DNA from: an uncultured Pseudomonadota bacterium | Lineage (GTDB): Bacteria > Oederibacteriota > Muellerivitia > Muellerivitales > Muellerivitaceae | Assembly: GCA_963843375.1 (NCBI GenBank) | Contig: CAWJKT010000001.1 | Coordinates: 235,993-299,992, forward strand | Length of the DNA: 64,000 nt | Direction: 5' to 3' | Shown: one piece after another, positions 34,249 through 44,922 of the stretch | How the letters are laid out: each line of letters opens with the position of its first letter | Numbering within the stretch: the stretch's first letter is position 1 | The notes under the pieces: generated by a model | The model's input: only the letters and a program-made list of their open reading frames with translations | Databases searched by the model: none | Told to the model about the DNA's origin: nothing | Position numbers and translations under genes: made by a program

Positions 34249-35307
34249 ATGGTAAAAAATATTGTTTTGGGAATCGAATCATCCTGCGACGAGACCGCGG
34301 CGGCTATAGTCATGGACGGTCATCGGGTCTTGGCCAACGAAGTAGCGTCCCAAATGGAACTTCACAGCCGTTACGGCGGAGTGGTGCCCGAAGTGGCCTC
34401 CCGTCGGCATCTGGAAAGCCTGCCTTTCCTGGTCCAAGAGGTTCTCAAACAATCCCAAACAACCTTTGACGATCTGGCGGGGATTGCCGTGACCTCGGCC
34501 CCTGGACTTATCGGAGCCCTTTTGGTCGGACTTTCAGCCGCCAAGGGACTGGCTTACAGGCTCCATTTGCCCCTGGCCACCGTCCATCATATTGAAGCCC
34601 ATCTTTACGCGGCCCAATTGGACGCTCCGGCGGTTGATTTCCCGGCTTTAGGATTAGTGGTTTCGGGTGGACATACGGAACTTTACCACATGGAGGGATG
34701 GGGAGAGTACCGGCTTTTGGCCGCAACCCGGGATGACGCGGCCGGAGAGGCTTTTGATAAAGTAGCCAAATTGATGGGGTTGGGATATCCAGGTGGTCCA
34801 CTGATCGAGGAACTTGCAAAGCTTTCCCCAGAAACCACCGGCACTTTTTCACTTTCCAAAATGAAAGACAAAAGCCAGGATTTTTCCTTTAGCGGATTGA
34901 AGACGGCGGTCATGTTAGAGATCAAAAAAAATCCCCCCGCCAACGGCAAGGAAAGGGAGATCCTATCAGCCCGGTTTCAAAATACGGTGGTGGAAGAAAT
35001 CAAATCGCGTGTAGGAGTTGCCCTGGAGGAATTAAAACCCAAGAATCTGATATTAGGGGGCGGGGTGGCTTGCAACCAAACTTTAAGAGAAACCCTTAAA
35101 ATTCAAGCGAATAAATCGGGTGTGATCCTGAGAGTTCCACCGCTCAAGTATTGCTCGGACAACGCCGCCATGATCGCCGGGCTGGGCGCTTGGCGGATTT
35201 CAAAAGGTAAAGTGGCTTCTCTTTCTGCCCCGGCCGCCCCCTACGTCGACTTTATGCTAGTTGAAGCAAGGCTCTCTTCCGGGGCCCCGGCCTTCCTGTT
35301 ACAATAA
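34249..35307 (+). CDS. tsaD: tRNA N6-adenosine threonylcarbamoyltransferase
   Basis: LGIESSCDET, GGVVPE, HHIEAH, VSGGHT, DDAAGEAFDK, DNAAMIA. Confidence 0.97.
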   Translation: MVKNIVLGIESSCDETAAAIVMDGHRVLANEVASQMELHSRYGGVVPEVASRRHLESLPFLVQEVLKQSQTTFDDLAGIAVTSAPGLIGALLVGLSAAKGLAYRLHLPLATVHHIEAHLYAAQLDAPAVDFPALGLVVSGGHTELYHMEGWGEYRLLAATRDDAAGEAFDKVAKLMGLGYPGGPLIEELAKLSPETTGTFSLSKMKDKSQDFSFSGLKTAVMLEIKKNPPANGKEREILSARFQNTVVEEIKSRVGVALEELKPKNLILGGGVACNQTLRETLKIQANKSGVILRVPPLKYCSDNAAMIAGLGAWRISKGKVASLSAPAAPYVDFMLVEARLSSGAPAFLLQ

Positions 35308-35312
35308 AATCC

Positions 35313-35993
35313 ATGCAAGATATTCCCTTTAATCTTTTCCTTGGTCCGATCATCCTGCGGCTTTTGACGACAGTCGTTCTCACGGGTGTTATCGGCTGGG
35401 ATCGGGAGCGTTTTCGTAAACCCGCGGGATTACGCACGCATATCCTGGTCGGGCTCGGTTCGGCTTTGGCCATGCTGATTTCGATCCTGACAGGACCGGT
35501 GGTCAATGGTGAATACCAAGTGGATCCCCGGATTGCGCAAAACGTTTTGACCGGCATCGGTTTTTTGGGCGCCGGGACTATTTTGCATTTGAAAGAAGGA
35601 CTTGTTTCTGGACTGACCACCGCTGCGACCCTTTGGGTGGCCGCGGTCATTGGATTGGCCGCTGGAGGGGGCTTTTATTCAGGCGCGTTTTTTACGACGG
35701 TTTTGGTCATGTTGGTCCTTTATTTAATGAATTTGCTGGAAGACAAACTGGTGGACAACCTTTATCACAATTTGACTGTCCATGCTAAGATAACCGGCCA
35801 TTTAACTGAAACTATCAAGGAAATTTTGCGAGACGACAATATCAAGATTATTCGGACGGAAACCCAGGTCGTGAGCCCTTCCGAAAAATATATAGTGATC
35901 CATTTCAAGCCGATTTCGGCGGCTTGGGGAAAATCCATTTCCCGAAAAGTGGAAAAGATTCCCGGTGTCAAAGAGGTCGTTTTTAATTCATGA
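35313..35993 (+). CDS. MgtC/SapB family membrane protein with C-terminal ACT-like domain
   Basis: KPAGLRTH, DPRIAQNVLTGIGFLGAG, GLTTAATLW. Confidence 0.93.
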   Translation: MQDIPFNLFLGPIILRLLTTVVLTGVIGWDRERFRKPAGLRTHILVGLGSALAMLISILTGPVVNGEYQVDPRIAQNVLTGIGFLGAGTILHLKEGLVSGLTTAATLWVAAVIGLAAGGGFYSGAFFTTVLVMLVLYLMNLLEDKLVDNLYHNLTVHAKITGHLTETIKEILRDDNIKIIRTETQVVSPSEKYIVIHFKPISAAWGKSISRKVEKIPGVKEVVFNS

Positions 35994-37106
35994 GCGTATT
36001 ACCAAAGAAGATAATCTATCCCCTGACACGCCCTTCAATGTTCCGCCTGCGCGGGAGCTTTCTGAAGCTCCTTTGGGCGCTTTGGGCAAGGGCGCACGGG
36101 AATTCAAAATGGGGGACCTGACCCTGAACGGTCGAGTTTTCCTTGCCCCGATGGCGGGTTATACCGATACGGCTTTCCGCCGTTTGGCGCGGCGCTATGG
36201 GGCGGCTATGGTGGTCACCGAAATGGTCAGTTCCCGGGCACTCATGGCAGGAAGCGACAAGACGGGTGATCTCATGGAATTCACTGAGCCCGAGCGTCCA
36301 GTGGGTGTCCAGCTTTTCGGCGGCGATCCCACCATCATGGGGGAAGCGGCGGCGAGGGTGGTCGAGGAGGTCAATCCCGACGTTATCGACATCAATTTTG
36401 GATGTCCTGTTGGAAAGATATTAAAGTGCGACGCTGGCGCGTCCGTATTGAAGGAACCTCAAAGGGCGGGGTGGATTGTGAAGGCCATGGTCGAGTCGAC
36501 CGGCGGTAAGGTGCCCATTACAGTCAAGACGAGAGCGGGTTACGACTCCATGGACAACGCGGTGTTCGAACTGTTGCAGGCAGTAGAGGAGGCCGGGGCT
36601 TCGGCGCTCGCGATTCACGCCCGCACGCGCAACCAGATGTTCGAAGGAAAAGCGAACTGGGAAGTGATCAGCTCGGCTGAAGGAAAAAGCCAAAATCCCC
36701 ATTATCGGCAACGGCGACGTGAAATCCGCTGAGGATGCCTATCGTTTATTTAAAGAAACCAATTGTGACGGCATCATGATCGGCCGGGGGAGCATGGGCG
36801 CCCCTTGGATTTTTGAGGAGATCAACCATTACCTTGAAACGGGAAAACCGATGAAAGCGCCGGGTCTGAAGTTCCGATTCGGCGTTGCACTGGAACAATT
36901 GAAGTGCTCCATCGAAGTGAAGGGGCCCCGGATTGGGTTTGTTAGAAATGCGCAAACACCTGACTCACTACTTCAAGGGGTTCGAAGGCGCACGAGATAT
37001 GCGGCAGAAATTGCTGACGTCAGACGATCCGGATTGGGTTTTAAAATCCTTGGAAGAGATCTATCAAAACATGCCGGAAGAAGATCCGGCTCTAGCGGTT
37101 GTCTAA
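35990..37106 (+). CDS. dusB: tRNA-dihydrouridine synthase DusB (apparent frameshifts near 36670 and 36940; start uncertain)
   Basis: LAPMAG, DINFGCP, VKTRAG, IHAR, PIIGNGDV (shifted frame), DGIMIGRG. Confidence 0.9.
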
Positions 37107-37722
37107 CTCTTTGTCATCTTTCCTCTATTCCACTGATGTGTCTGTCTTCCGTTGGATCAATGAAGGATGGTCATCCCCTTTCTTAGATGGCTTTTTTTCA
37201 TTTGTCACAGAAATCCGCCATTTTTGGATTTTGATAGCTACCTTACTGGTTTACTGGGTTTGGAAGGGCGGGAAGAAGGGCCGCTGGCTGGTCTTGGGCC
37301 TGGTCCTGGCCGTTTTTATTTCCGACCAAACCGCTAGCCACGTTATCAAAGGAATCTTTGAGCGGGTGAGGCCTTGCAACGCCCTGGACAATGTGCTCAC
37401 TCCAATCGGGAAAAGCGGCTCTTTTTCCTTTCCCTCCAGCCATGCCGCCAATATGGGTTCATCCATGTTTCTTCTGTCTATGACTTTTAGGCCCTGGACC
37501 CGGCTTTTTGTCCTGATCGCCCTGTTGGTTGGATTGTCCCGAGTCTACCTGGGGCTTCATTATCCCTCGGATGTTTTAGGCGGTTATCTCCTCGGTCTTC
37601 TGATCGGTATTGGGGTGTGGTATGGAATGGAAAAACTGAGGAAGCAGTTTGAAAAAAAAGCCGAACCTTCCCCGGGAGGTTCCAAGAAAGGTCCTCGAAA
37701 AAGTGTCCGAAAAAAGCGCTGA
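37099..37722 (+). CDS. PAP2-family phosphatase (BcrC/undecaprenyl-PP phosphatase-like)
   Basis: KGIFERVRP, FPSSHA, SRVYLGLHYPSDV. Confidence 0.92.
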   Translation: MSNSLSSFLYSTDVSVFRWINEGWSSPFLDGFFSFVTEIRHFWILIATLLVYWVWKGGKKGRWLVLGLVLAVFISDQTASHVIKGIFERVRPCNALDNVLTPIGKSGSFSFPSSHAANMGSSMFLLSMTFRPWTRLFVLIALLVGLSRVYLGLHYPSDVLGGYLLGLLIGIGVWYGMEKLRKQFEKKAEPSPGGSKKGPRKSVRKKR

Positions 37723-38632
37723 AAAGAACGCCATTCAACCCTCCACCCTTTACTTGGTGGCCACACCTATTGGGAATCTTGACGATATGACATTCCGGGC
37801 TCTGAAGGTTTTGAAGGAAGCCACCTTGGTAGCCGCCGAGGATACGCGCAACACGCTTAAGCTTCTCACCCATTTCGGGATCAAGCCCGCCAAGCTGATT
37901 TCTTGTTTCGAACATAATGAAATCAAGCGCGGGGAGGAGATTTTAAGCGCCCTCTCCCAAGGTGGGTCGGTGGCCCTGGTGACCGACGCGGGTATGCCGG
38001 GAATTTCAGACCCCGGATTCCAGGTAGTGAAAGCGGTGGTAGAAAAGGGATTTTCAGTGGTACCCGTACCGGGTGCTTCGGCTCTTTTAGCGGCCCTACC
38101 GGCTTCCGGTTTTCCAGCCACTCCTTTTACCTTCCTGGGTTTTCTGCCCGCTAAGGCGATGGAACGGCAAAAAGCCCTGCTCCAATTAAAAACACAGGAA
38201 CATACATTGGTTTTTTTTGAATCCCCCCACCGGCTGCGCAACAGTCTGAAAGACATGATGAACGTGTTCGGAAACCGCCAGGGGGTCGTGGGAAGGGAAT
38301 TGACCAAATTGCACGAGGAATTTATTCGGGGCAACCTTCAAGAGCTTTGGAAACATTTCAAGACGGTGGAACCCAAGGGAGAGTTCGTTGTGATGGTGGA
38401 GGGATCGGAACATGTGGACCGTTCCTTACAGGAAAAATGGGTAGGAGTCTCCATTGCCGACCAGTTGGTCCAATTGATGAAAGAACAAAACCTCTCTAAA
38501 ACTGAGGCGGTCAAGGCGGTTTGTAAACTCAGGGATATGCCAAGGGAAGTGGTCTATCAAATTGCCACCCAGATCAAATGGGAAGAGGTGGGTTTGGGCG
38601 AATCGATGGACCAGGACGAGGGATTGGACTAG
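37649..38632 (+). CDS. rsmI: 16S rRNA C1402 2'-O-methyltransferase (start uncertain)
   Basis: LYLVATPIGNL, AAEDTR, DAGMPGISDPG, FESPHR, RELTKLHEE. Confidence 0.96.
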   Translation: MKKKPNLPREVPRKVLEKVSEKSAEKNAIQPSTLYLVATPIGNLDDMTFRALKVLKEATLVAAEDTRNTLKLLTHFGIKPAKLISCFEHNEIKRGEEILSALSQGGSVALVTDAGMPGISDPGFQVVKAVVEKGFSVVPVPGASALLAALPASGFPATPFTFLGFLPAKAMERQKALLQLKTQEHTLVFFESPHRLRNSLKDMMNVFGNRQGVVGRELTKLHEEFIRGNLQELWKHFKTVEPKGEFVVMVEGSEHVDRSLQEKWVGVSIADQLVQLMKEQNLSKTEAVKAVCKLRDMPREVVYQIATQIKWEEVGLGESMDQDEGLD

Positions 38633-38648
38633 GATTCTTGTTTATTCT

Positions 38649-39368
38649 ATGTTGGCGGGTATTAGGGAATTGAAAATCAAAAAAATTTTTATTGGATTGT
38701 CCCTCAAGATTTTTTCGGGCATTCTTTTGGTCTGGCTTTCGATCGCCATGGCTTGCGTCCTGGGGCCGGCTTTCTTGAGGGTACCCTGGACTTCCCTTGG
38801 AACTATTGTTTTTCTCGCCTGTTTCTTGGCCTATTTCCTGATACATTTTCTATTCTATAAACCAGTATTGAGCCATGTGATGGCCCATGAACTGACTCAT
38901 GCGCTCGCTGCCATGCTCATGGGAGGAAAAGTCACTTCCATCCAGGCTTCCCGGTCCGGTGGGACGACTGTGGTCAACAAGTCCCATGTCTTTATCAGTT
39001 TAGCCCCCTATATCTTTCCTTTTTACACGGCGATTACATTGGGGATTTACCTTATTGCGGCCCAGCCTTTCAAGATTTACCTACTTGGACTCATTGGCTT
39101 CACCTATGCCTTCCATTTGGCCCTGACGGTTTGGTCCCTTTCGAACCACCAACCCGATCTTAAGGAAGGCGGCGTGGTGTTCTCCTTGATTTTCATTTTC
39201 GCCGGAAATATGATTGTCTCAATGCTCTTGTTCTCCCTCGTTTGGCCGCAGATTTTGCCGTTGCCGATAGCCTTTTCCGAGACACTCCGATGGGCGTGGC
39301 ATTTCGCCCAATCGGCGGTTCAATTTTTAAAATTTCATCTTTTCCGCCCGGAGGGCACCCCCACATGA
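38649..39368 (+). CDS. Membrane zinc metallopeptidase, M50B-like
   Basis: HELTH motif inside TM region, ISLAPY, QPDL. Confidence 0.75.
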   Translation: MLAGIRELKIKKIFIGLSLKIFSGILLVWLSIAMACVLGPAFLRVPWTSLGTIVFLACFLAYFLIHFLFYKPVLSHVMAHELTHALAAMLMGGKVTSIQASRSGGTTVVNKSHVFISLAPYIFPFYTAITLGIYLIAAQPFKIYLLGLIGFTYAFHLALTVWSLSNHQPDLKEGGVVFSLIFIFAGNMIVSMLLFSLVWPQILPLPIAFSETLRWAWHFAQSAVQFLKFHLFRPEGTPT

Positions 39369-40690
39369 AAAAAACTTTCGTGCTGGATACCAATGTGCTT
39401 ATCCACAATCCCCATGCCTTGGAGTCCTTCGAGGACAACACTGTCGTCATTCCCTTGGGCGTGATCGAGGAACTGGATACCTTTAAAAAGTACGAGGATG
39501 AACGGGGTCGCAACGCCCGAGAAGTAGCCCGCATGCTGGATTCCTTGAGGGCGAAGGGTAAGCTGCAGGAAGGGGTACCCCTGCCCAATGGAGGTGTCTT
39601 GCGGGTGGATATCAGCCAGCCCAACGGACACTTACCCGAAGCCCTTTCCCATATGAAGATCGATAACAACATCATCGGGATCGCCATTTCCCTGAAGGAA
39701 AAGGGCGAAAACGTAAAGTTCATCACCAAGGACATCAACGTCCGGATCAAGGCCGATGCGCTGGGTGTGGTTTCGGAGGATTACGAGACCAACAAGATCA
39801 ATATCGACGAACTCTATCCTGGCTGGGCCACCGTAGGGGTGCGCGATGCCCAGATCGATGATTTTTATAAAAGCGGAAAACTTTCCCTAAAGGATTTCAC
39901 TGAAAGACCCCTTTATGAAAATGAATTTTTGCTTTTGAAGAGCGACATTCACGATGGAAAAACGGCCTTGGGGATTTACCGGGATTCAACGAAAGAGGCG
40001 CAATCCCTTTGGTTCAAGGAACCGGAGGCCTGGGGTATTCGACATCTCAACCGAGAACAGCTTTTCGCCTTGAACCTTCTTCTGAATGATCGCATTCCTA
40101 TGGTGACTTTGGTGGGGTCGGCGGGCACCGGAAAAACCCTCTTGGCCCTTGCGGCGGGCCTTTTGAAAACCTTGGACGAAAAGAAATATCGGCGGGTACT
40201 GGTTTCCCGGCCCATCGTCCCGATGGGGAAAGATATTGGCTATCTGCCTGGAACCAAGGACGAGAAATTGATGAACTGGATGCAGCCTATCTTCGACAAC
40301 CTGGAATTCATCCTCGATAAAGGCCATTTGCAAAGCGATACGGAAGAAGTGGATGATAAAGTCCAATATTTGCTGGATTCCCATAAGTTGGAGATGGAAG
40401 CCCTTACCTATATTCGGGGACGGTCGATCCCCAAACAATTCATGATCGTGGACGAGGCTCAAAACCTGACTCCCCATGAAATTAAAACAATCGTTTCCCG
40501 GGCCGGTGTGGGAACCAAGATCATTTTGACTGGCGACCCTTACCAGATCGACAACCCTTACCTTGATGCTTCCTCCAACGGTATTGTTTACTTGGCCGAG
40601 CGCTTCAAAGGGAACGAGATGTTCGGGCATATCACCCTCTCCAAGAGCGAGCGTTCGCCGCTGGCGGCGCTGGCCGCGAAAGCCCTTTAA
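39365..40690 (+). CDS. PIN-PhoH family ATPase (PhoH2/YlaK-like)
   Basis: VLDTNVLI PIN domain, GSAGTGKT, GYLPG, YIRGRS, DEAQN, GDPYQID, ERSPLA. Confidence 0.95.
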   Translation: MKKTFVLDTNVLIHNPHALESFEDNTVVIPLGVIEELDTFKKYEDERGRNAREVARMLDSLRAKGKLQEGVPLPNGGVLRVDISQPNGHLPEALSHMKIDNNIIGIAISLKEKGENVKFITKDINVRIKADALGVVSEDYETNKINIDELYPGWATVGVRDAQIDDFYKSGKLSLKDFTERPLYENEFLLLKSDIHDGKTALGIYRDSTKEAQSLWFKEPEAWGIRHLNREQLFALNLLLNDRIPMVTLVGSAGTGKTLLALAAGLLKTLDEKKYRRVLVSRPIVPMGKDIGYLPGTKDEKLMNWMQPIFDNLEFILDKGHLQSDTEEVDDKVQYLLDSHKLEMEALTYIRGRSIPKQFMIVDEAQNLTPHEIKTIVSRAGVGTKIILTGDPYQIDNPYLDASSNGIVYLAERFKGNEMFGHITLSKSERSPLAALAAKAL

Positions 40691-40705
40691 ATTAAAAGGA
40701 TCTCC

Positions 40706-41707
40706 TTGTTTAAAACGGCTCCCCAAAAACTTATCGCCATTACCCTTGGTGATCCCGCGGGGATCGGGGGGGAAGTGGCATTAAAAGCTCTTTCCATCAT
40801 CGGAGCTAAATCGAGATCAAAGTACGTTCTATTAGGCGACTACAAGCATTGGGTTTCGCTTGCAAAGAAACTGAAGATCCGATTTCCACTTGTTTGGGTG
40901 AATGACGCCGAATTAGGCCGGGAAATCAAAAGGGGTGTTGCGGTTTTGGACATGGGCGGGGTGAAAAAACTACAATGGGGGAAAATATCCGCCGCCAATG
41001 GGGCTGCTGCGGTGCGGTACGTTTCGGAAGGAGCTCGGTTGACCCTGGCGGGCGATGTGGATGCACTTGTAACTGCACCCATCCATAAAGAAGCCATTCA
41101 TAAAGCGGGATGTCCATTTCCAGGGCACACGGAACTTCTGGCCACTCTTTCTAATACCCGGTCGTTCGCCATGATGATGGTGGGAGGGCCCTTTCGGATT
41201 GTCCTGCAATCCATCCATGTGTCGCTTGAAAAGTCGCTTTTAAGTGTCAAAAATGCTTTGGTTTGGGAGAAGCTGGAATTGACCCACAAAACCCTTCGGC
41301 ATTGGTTTGGAATTCCTAAACCCCGCATCGCTGTGGCGGGAGTAAATCCTCATGCGGGAGAGAACGGCGCTTTTGGAAAAGAAGAAATCAAGGTTTTGAA
41401 ACCGGTAATCGAAATGGCAAGGAAAAAGGGTTGGGACGTAACGGGTCCCCACCCCCCCGACACGCTTTTTTATTGGGCCAGCCAAAAGCCCTATGACGCG
41501 ATCCTTTGCATGTACCACGATCAAGGTCTTATACCCCTGAAACTGACGGCTTTCGACAGCGGGGTGAACCTGACTCTGGGGTTGCCTTTCGTTCGGACCT
41601 CCCCCGATCACGGGACGGCTTTCGATATCGCGGGAAGGGGAAAGGCCCGACCGGATAGCATGATCTCAGCTATCCGACTGGCGGAGTCCCTGGCTCAAAA
41701 ATCCTGA
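40706..41707 (+). CDS. pdxA: 4-hydroxythreonine-4-phosphate dehydrogenase
   Basis: GDPAGIG, GHTE, NPHAGE, MYHDQG, RTSPDHGTAFDIAG. Confidence 0.96.
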   Translation: MFKTAPQKLIAITLGDPAGIGGEVALKALSIIGAKSRSKYVLLGDYKHWVSLAKKLKIRFPLVWVNDAELGREIKRGVAVLDMGGVKKLQWGKISAANGAAAVRYVSEGARLTLAGDVDALVTAPIHKEAIHKAGCPFPGHTELLATLSNTRSFAMMMVGGPFRIVLQSIHVSLEKSLLSVKNALVWEKLELTHKTLRHWFGIPKPRIAVAGVNPHAGENGAFGKEEIKVLKPVIEMARKKGWDVTGPHPPDTLFYWASQKPYDAILCMYHDQGLIPLKLTAFDSGVNLTLGLPFVRTSPDHGTAFDIAGRGKARPDSMISAIRLAESLAQKS

Positions 41708-42534
41708 TGGATTCCATTTCCGATCTCTTCAAAGAATTTTCCTATCGGCCCCGCAAAACCGCCGGACAAAATTTTCTTACCGATTCCAAAATTCTCGACC
41801 AAATCGACCAGGTAATCCAATGCCCGACTGGCGATGTTCTGTTGGAAGTAGGCGGTGGCTACGGGGTTTTGACCGCGCGGTTGGCGAAAAAGGGAGCGCT
41901 TCTGACGGTAGTGGAAGTGGACCATAAATTATTCGCCATGCTGGAAAGAAAGTTCCAAAACACGCCCGGGATGGGTTTGGTAAAAGCCGATATTCTGAAA
42001 CTGGATTTGAAACTTTTCGCCCCGCCGGAGCCCGCCCGCCTGGTCGTGGCGGGGAATATACCCTATTACCTAACCTCACCGCTTATTACGCGAATCTTAA
42101 CCCAATATAATTCGATCGTTCGCAGGATTTATCTCATGGTCCAAAAGGAGGTCGCCGAGCGGCTGGTGGCCAGACCTGGGACTAAGGCCTATGGGGCGCT
42201 AACTCTATGCGCGCAGTTTTATAGCAAACCGCGTAAATTATTGGATGTACCCGCCCGCAGTTTTAAGCCAAAGCCCAAGGTGGATTCAGCCTTTATCGAG
42301 TTGGAAATAAAGCAGACCCTCCCTCTTTCGGAAGTTGAGGAGAAGCATTTTTTCGCCCTAGTGCGGGCGATCTTCCAAACGCGGCGCAAGATGCTTTCCA
42401 ATTCACTTAAGTCCATGGGCAAACCCGCCGAAAAGGTTCTGGAGGCCCTTGAAAGAACTTCCATTGATCCTCAGATTCGTGGAGAAGAACTGGGTTTGGA
42501 AAAGCTCATGGAGCTTTCAAAAGCTCTTGAATAA
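41707..42534 (+). CDS. rsmA: 16S rRNA dimethyladenosine transferase
   Basis: GQNFL, GNIPYY, MVQKEVAERL, PKPKVDS, RRKML. Confidence 0.96.
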   Translation: MDSISDLFKEFSYRPRKTAGQNFLTDSKILDQIDQVIQCPTGDVLLEVGGGYGVLTARLAKKGALLTVVEVDHKLFAMLERKFQNTPGMGLVKADILKLDLKLFAPPEPARLVVAGNIPYYLTSPLITRILTQYNSIVRRIYLMVQKEVAERLVARPGTKAYGALTLCAQFYSKPRKLLDVPARSFKPKPKVDSAFIELEIKQTLPLSEVEEKHFFALVRAIFQTRRKMLSNSLKSMGKPAEKVLEALERTSIDPQIRGEELGLEKLMELSKALE

Positions 42535-42603
42535 GAACTCTTTTATGGGCCTAAGGGGCATGCTAATATGCGGCCTTCTTAATGATTTTGACTCGAGGTT
42601 TTT

Positions 42604-44454
42604 ATGTGCGGCATAGTTGGATATACAGGCCCCAAATCGGCGGCCCCACTACTGATCAGCGGTTTGGCGAAGCTGGAATACCGGGGTTATGATTCGGCGG
42701 GTCTGGCCCTTTTAACACCGGGTAAGCGGCTTGAGATCATCAAAAAAGCCGGCAAGATACACAATCTGGTTTTTGCGGTGAAGCAGGCCCACGTGCCTTC
42801 CACCATCACCTGCGGGATTGGCCATACCCGTTGGGCCACCCATGGACATCCCACAGATCAGAACGCCCATCCTCATACGGATTGTTCAGGCAACATCGCG
42901 GTCGTTCATAATGGCATCGTCGAAAACTATCAAAAGTTGAAAAAACAATTACAAGACAAAGGGCACCGCTTCAAATCCCAGACTGACTCGGAAGTGCTGG
43001 CCCATTTGATGGAAGAAGGCCTCAAGAAGCGTTCCTGGCGGGAAGCGGTGCGTTGGGCCCTGGAACAGATCGAAGGGACCTATTCGGTGGTGGCGGTTTA
43101 CGAGGGGGAACCCCATACCCTCATCGGAGCCCGTTCCGGCGGTGGAGGTTTGGTAGTTGGCTTGGGTAAAGGTGAGAATCTTTTGGCTTCTGATGTTCCG
43201 GCTCTTTTGGCCCATACCCGGCGGGTCTTCTACTTGGAAGACAACGAAATGGTCACGATCAGGACCGACGGGGTCGAACTCATCGGAGTTCTCGATGGAA
43301 AAATTCATCATCCAAAGATATCCGAAATCGAGTGGAGCCCCGAACAAGCGGAAAAGGGTGGTTATCCCCACTTCATGCTGAAGGAAATCATGGAACAGCC
43401 CCGGGCCATGGAAGACACGTTCACAAGCCGCTTGGACCCCCGAACCGGGGAGGTGGCCCTGGAAGGCAAGTTTTGGGACTCACCTTACTTGAAGCGATTC
43501 AAAAAAATCACGATTTTAGCCATGGGCACCTCTTATTACGCGGCGCTGGTGGGAAAGTTCCTTCTTGAAAAATATCTTCGCATTCCGGTGGATGTGGATA
43601 ACGCCTCGGAGTTTCGTTACCGCGACCCTATTATCGGAAGAGACACCTTAGCTATTGTGGTTTCACAAAGCGGTGAAACCGTTGATACGTTGGTGGCTCT
43701 CCGGGAGGCTAAATCCAAGGGCGCCAAGGTGGCGGTCATTTGCAACGTTATGGGAAGTTCGGCCACTCGGGAAGCCGATGGGGTACTTCTAACAAGAGCG
43801 GGCCCGGAAATTGGCGTGGCCTCCACAAAGGCATTTACCACCCAATTGGGGGCTTTCTGGCTTTTGGCGCTTCATTTAGCGGGCATGCGCAAAACCTTGC
43901 CGCCTGCCGATCTGAAAAGGAAAGCCAAGCTCCTTTCACATATTCCGCAATTGATGTCTTCGGTTTTGAAACAATCTAAATATCTTGCGAAAATATCCCG
44001 GAATTATTCCCACTATTTTAACTTTTTGTATATTGGGCGGGGCATCCATTATCCCATTGCCTTAGAGGGAGCCTTGAAATTGAAGGAAATATCGTACATC
44101 CATGCCGAAGGTTATCCCGGTGGGGAAATGAAACATGGGCCAATCGCTTTGATCGACGCCAAGATGCCAGTGGTGGCCCTCGCTCTGAAATCCTCAAGTG
44201 TTTATGAAAAAATGTTGAATAACATTGAAGAAGTGAAGGCCCGAGACGGAAAATTGATTGCTCTCGTCGAAAAAGGCGACAAAATCGCGATTCGTAAGGC
44301 GGATGCAGTGATTGAAATCCCCGCTGTGGAGGAGGATCTTTCTCCCATGCTTTCCATCTTGCCCCTTCAGATTTTGGCTTATGAAATAGCCAAATATAAG
44401 GGCCGAGAGATCGATCAGCCGCGAAATCTTGCGAAAAGTGTGACGGTTGAATAA
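42604..44454 (+). CDS. glmS: Glutamine-fructose-6-phosphate transaminase
   Basis: MCGIVG, GHTRWATHG, SQSGET, ASTKAF, PRNLAKSVTVE. Confidence 0.98.
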   Translation: MCGIVGYTGPKSAAPLLISGLAKLEYRGYDSAGLALLTPGKRLEIIKKAGKIHNLVFAVKQAHVPSTITCGIGHTRWATHGHPTDQNAHPHTDCSGNIAVVHNGIVENYQKLKKQLQDKGHRFKSQTDSEVLAHLMEEGLKKRSWREAVRWALEQIEGTYSVVAVYEGEPHTLIGARSGGGGLVVGLGKGENLLASDVPALLAHTRRVFYLEDNEMVTIRTDGVELIGVLDGKIHHPKISEIEWSPEQAEKGGYPHFMLKEIMEQPRAMEDTFTSRLDPRTGEVALEGKFWDSPYLKRFKKITILAMGTSYYAALVGKFLLEKYLRIPVDVDNASEFRYRDPIIGRDTLAIVVSQSGETVDTLVALREAKSKGAKVAVICNVMGSSATREADGVLLTRAGPEIGVASTKAFTTQLGAFWLLALHLAGMRKTLPPADLKRKAKLLSHIPQLMSSVLKQSKYLAKISRNYSHYFNFLYIGRGIHYPIALEGALKLKEISYIHAEGYPGGEMKHGPIALIDAKMPVVALALKSSSVYEKMLNNIEEVKARDGKLIALVEKGDKIAIRKADAVIEIPAVEEDLSPMLSILPLQILAYEIAKYKGREIDQPRNLAKSVTVE

Positions 44455-44605
44455 ATTCAAGGATCCATTTGATTCTTCGTGTTTTCTATTTGTTTTTAAA
44501 GTCCCTTGATAATCAAGTTTTGATCGTTTTCCACCACTCTTTGATGGTCATGTAATAAAGCCCCATCCTGTGGGGTTATTTCAGCTATACCGACCTTTTT
44601 TCGGC

Positions 44606-44634
44606 TTGACGCCTTTAACCCCCCCCTTTATAGT
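44606..44634 (+). promoter_or_regulatory. Strong sigma70-type promoter of the outer-membrane protein gene
   Basis: TTGACG-N17-TATAGT. Confidence 0.7.
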
Positions 44635-44640
44635 CTTGTC

Positions 44641-44922
44641 AATTGTGTTGGGCCCTGATTTTGATGTTTTTGGCCTAAGATCGGGGAGGTTGCTAAGGTT
44701 TCGCTTCAAAGGCGGGGCTTAAGCTCTTCGACGCAGGCGGTTCGTGACCACGTCCGTTTGTTTGTTGGAGATTCATCGGGAATGGCGCTTTTTTGGGAAG
44801 CGGTCCAGGCTCGAAATGTACTTCGGTTGCTGGGCTCGAAAGGGCCCCGGAGCAGTTTAGTTCGGGTGCGGCACTCTTCCCTGAGGAGTGCCACCCCTAA
44901 AAAAGCTTAAGGAGAGAGAAGC
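44641..44922 (+). promoter_or_regulatory. Long structured 5' leader (six consecutive hairpins); family not recognised
   Basis: Hand-folded stems with many G-U pairs at 44653-44686, 44694-44721, 44725-44771, 44776-44814, 44827-44855 and 44864-44896; SD AAGGAG at 44909. Confidence 0.6.

Noticed and set aside
39399..39407. Perfect DnaA box TTATCCACA
   Set aside because: Single copy inside the PhoH coding sequence; no cluster or dnaA nearby
42535..42603. glmS ribozyme
   Set aside because: Only 69 nt upstream of glmS and no ribozyme core sequence
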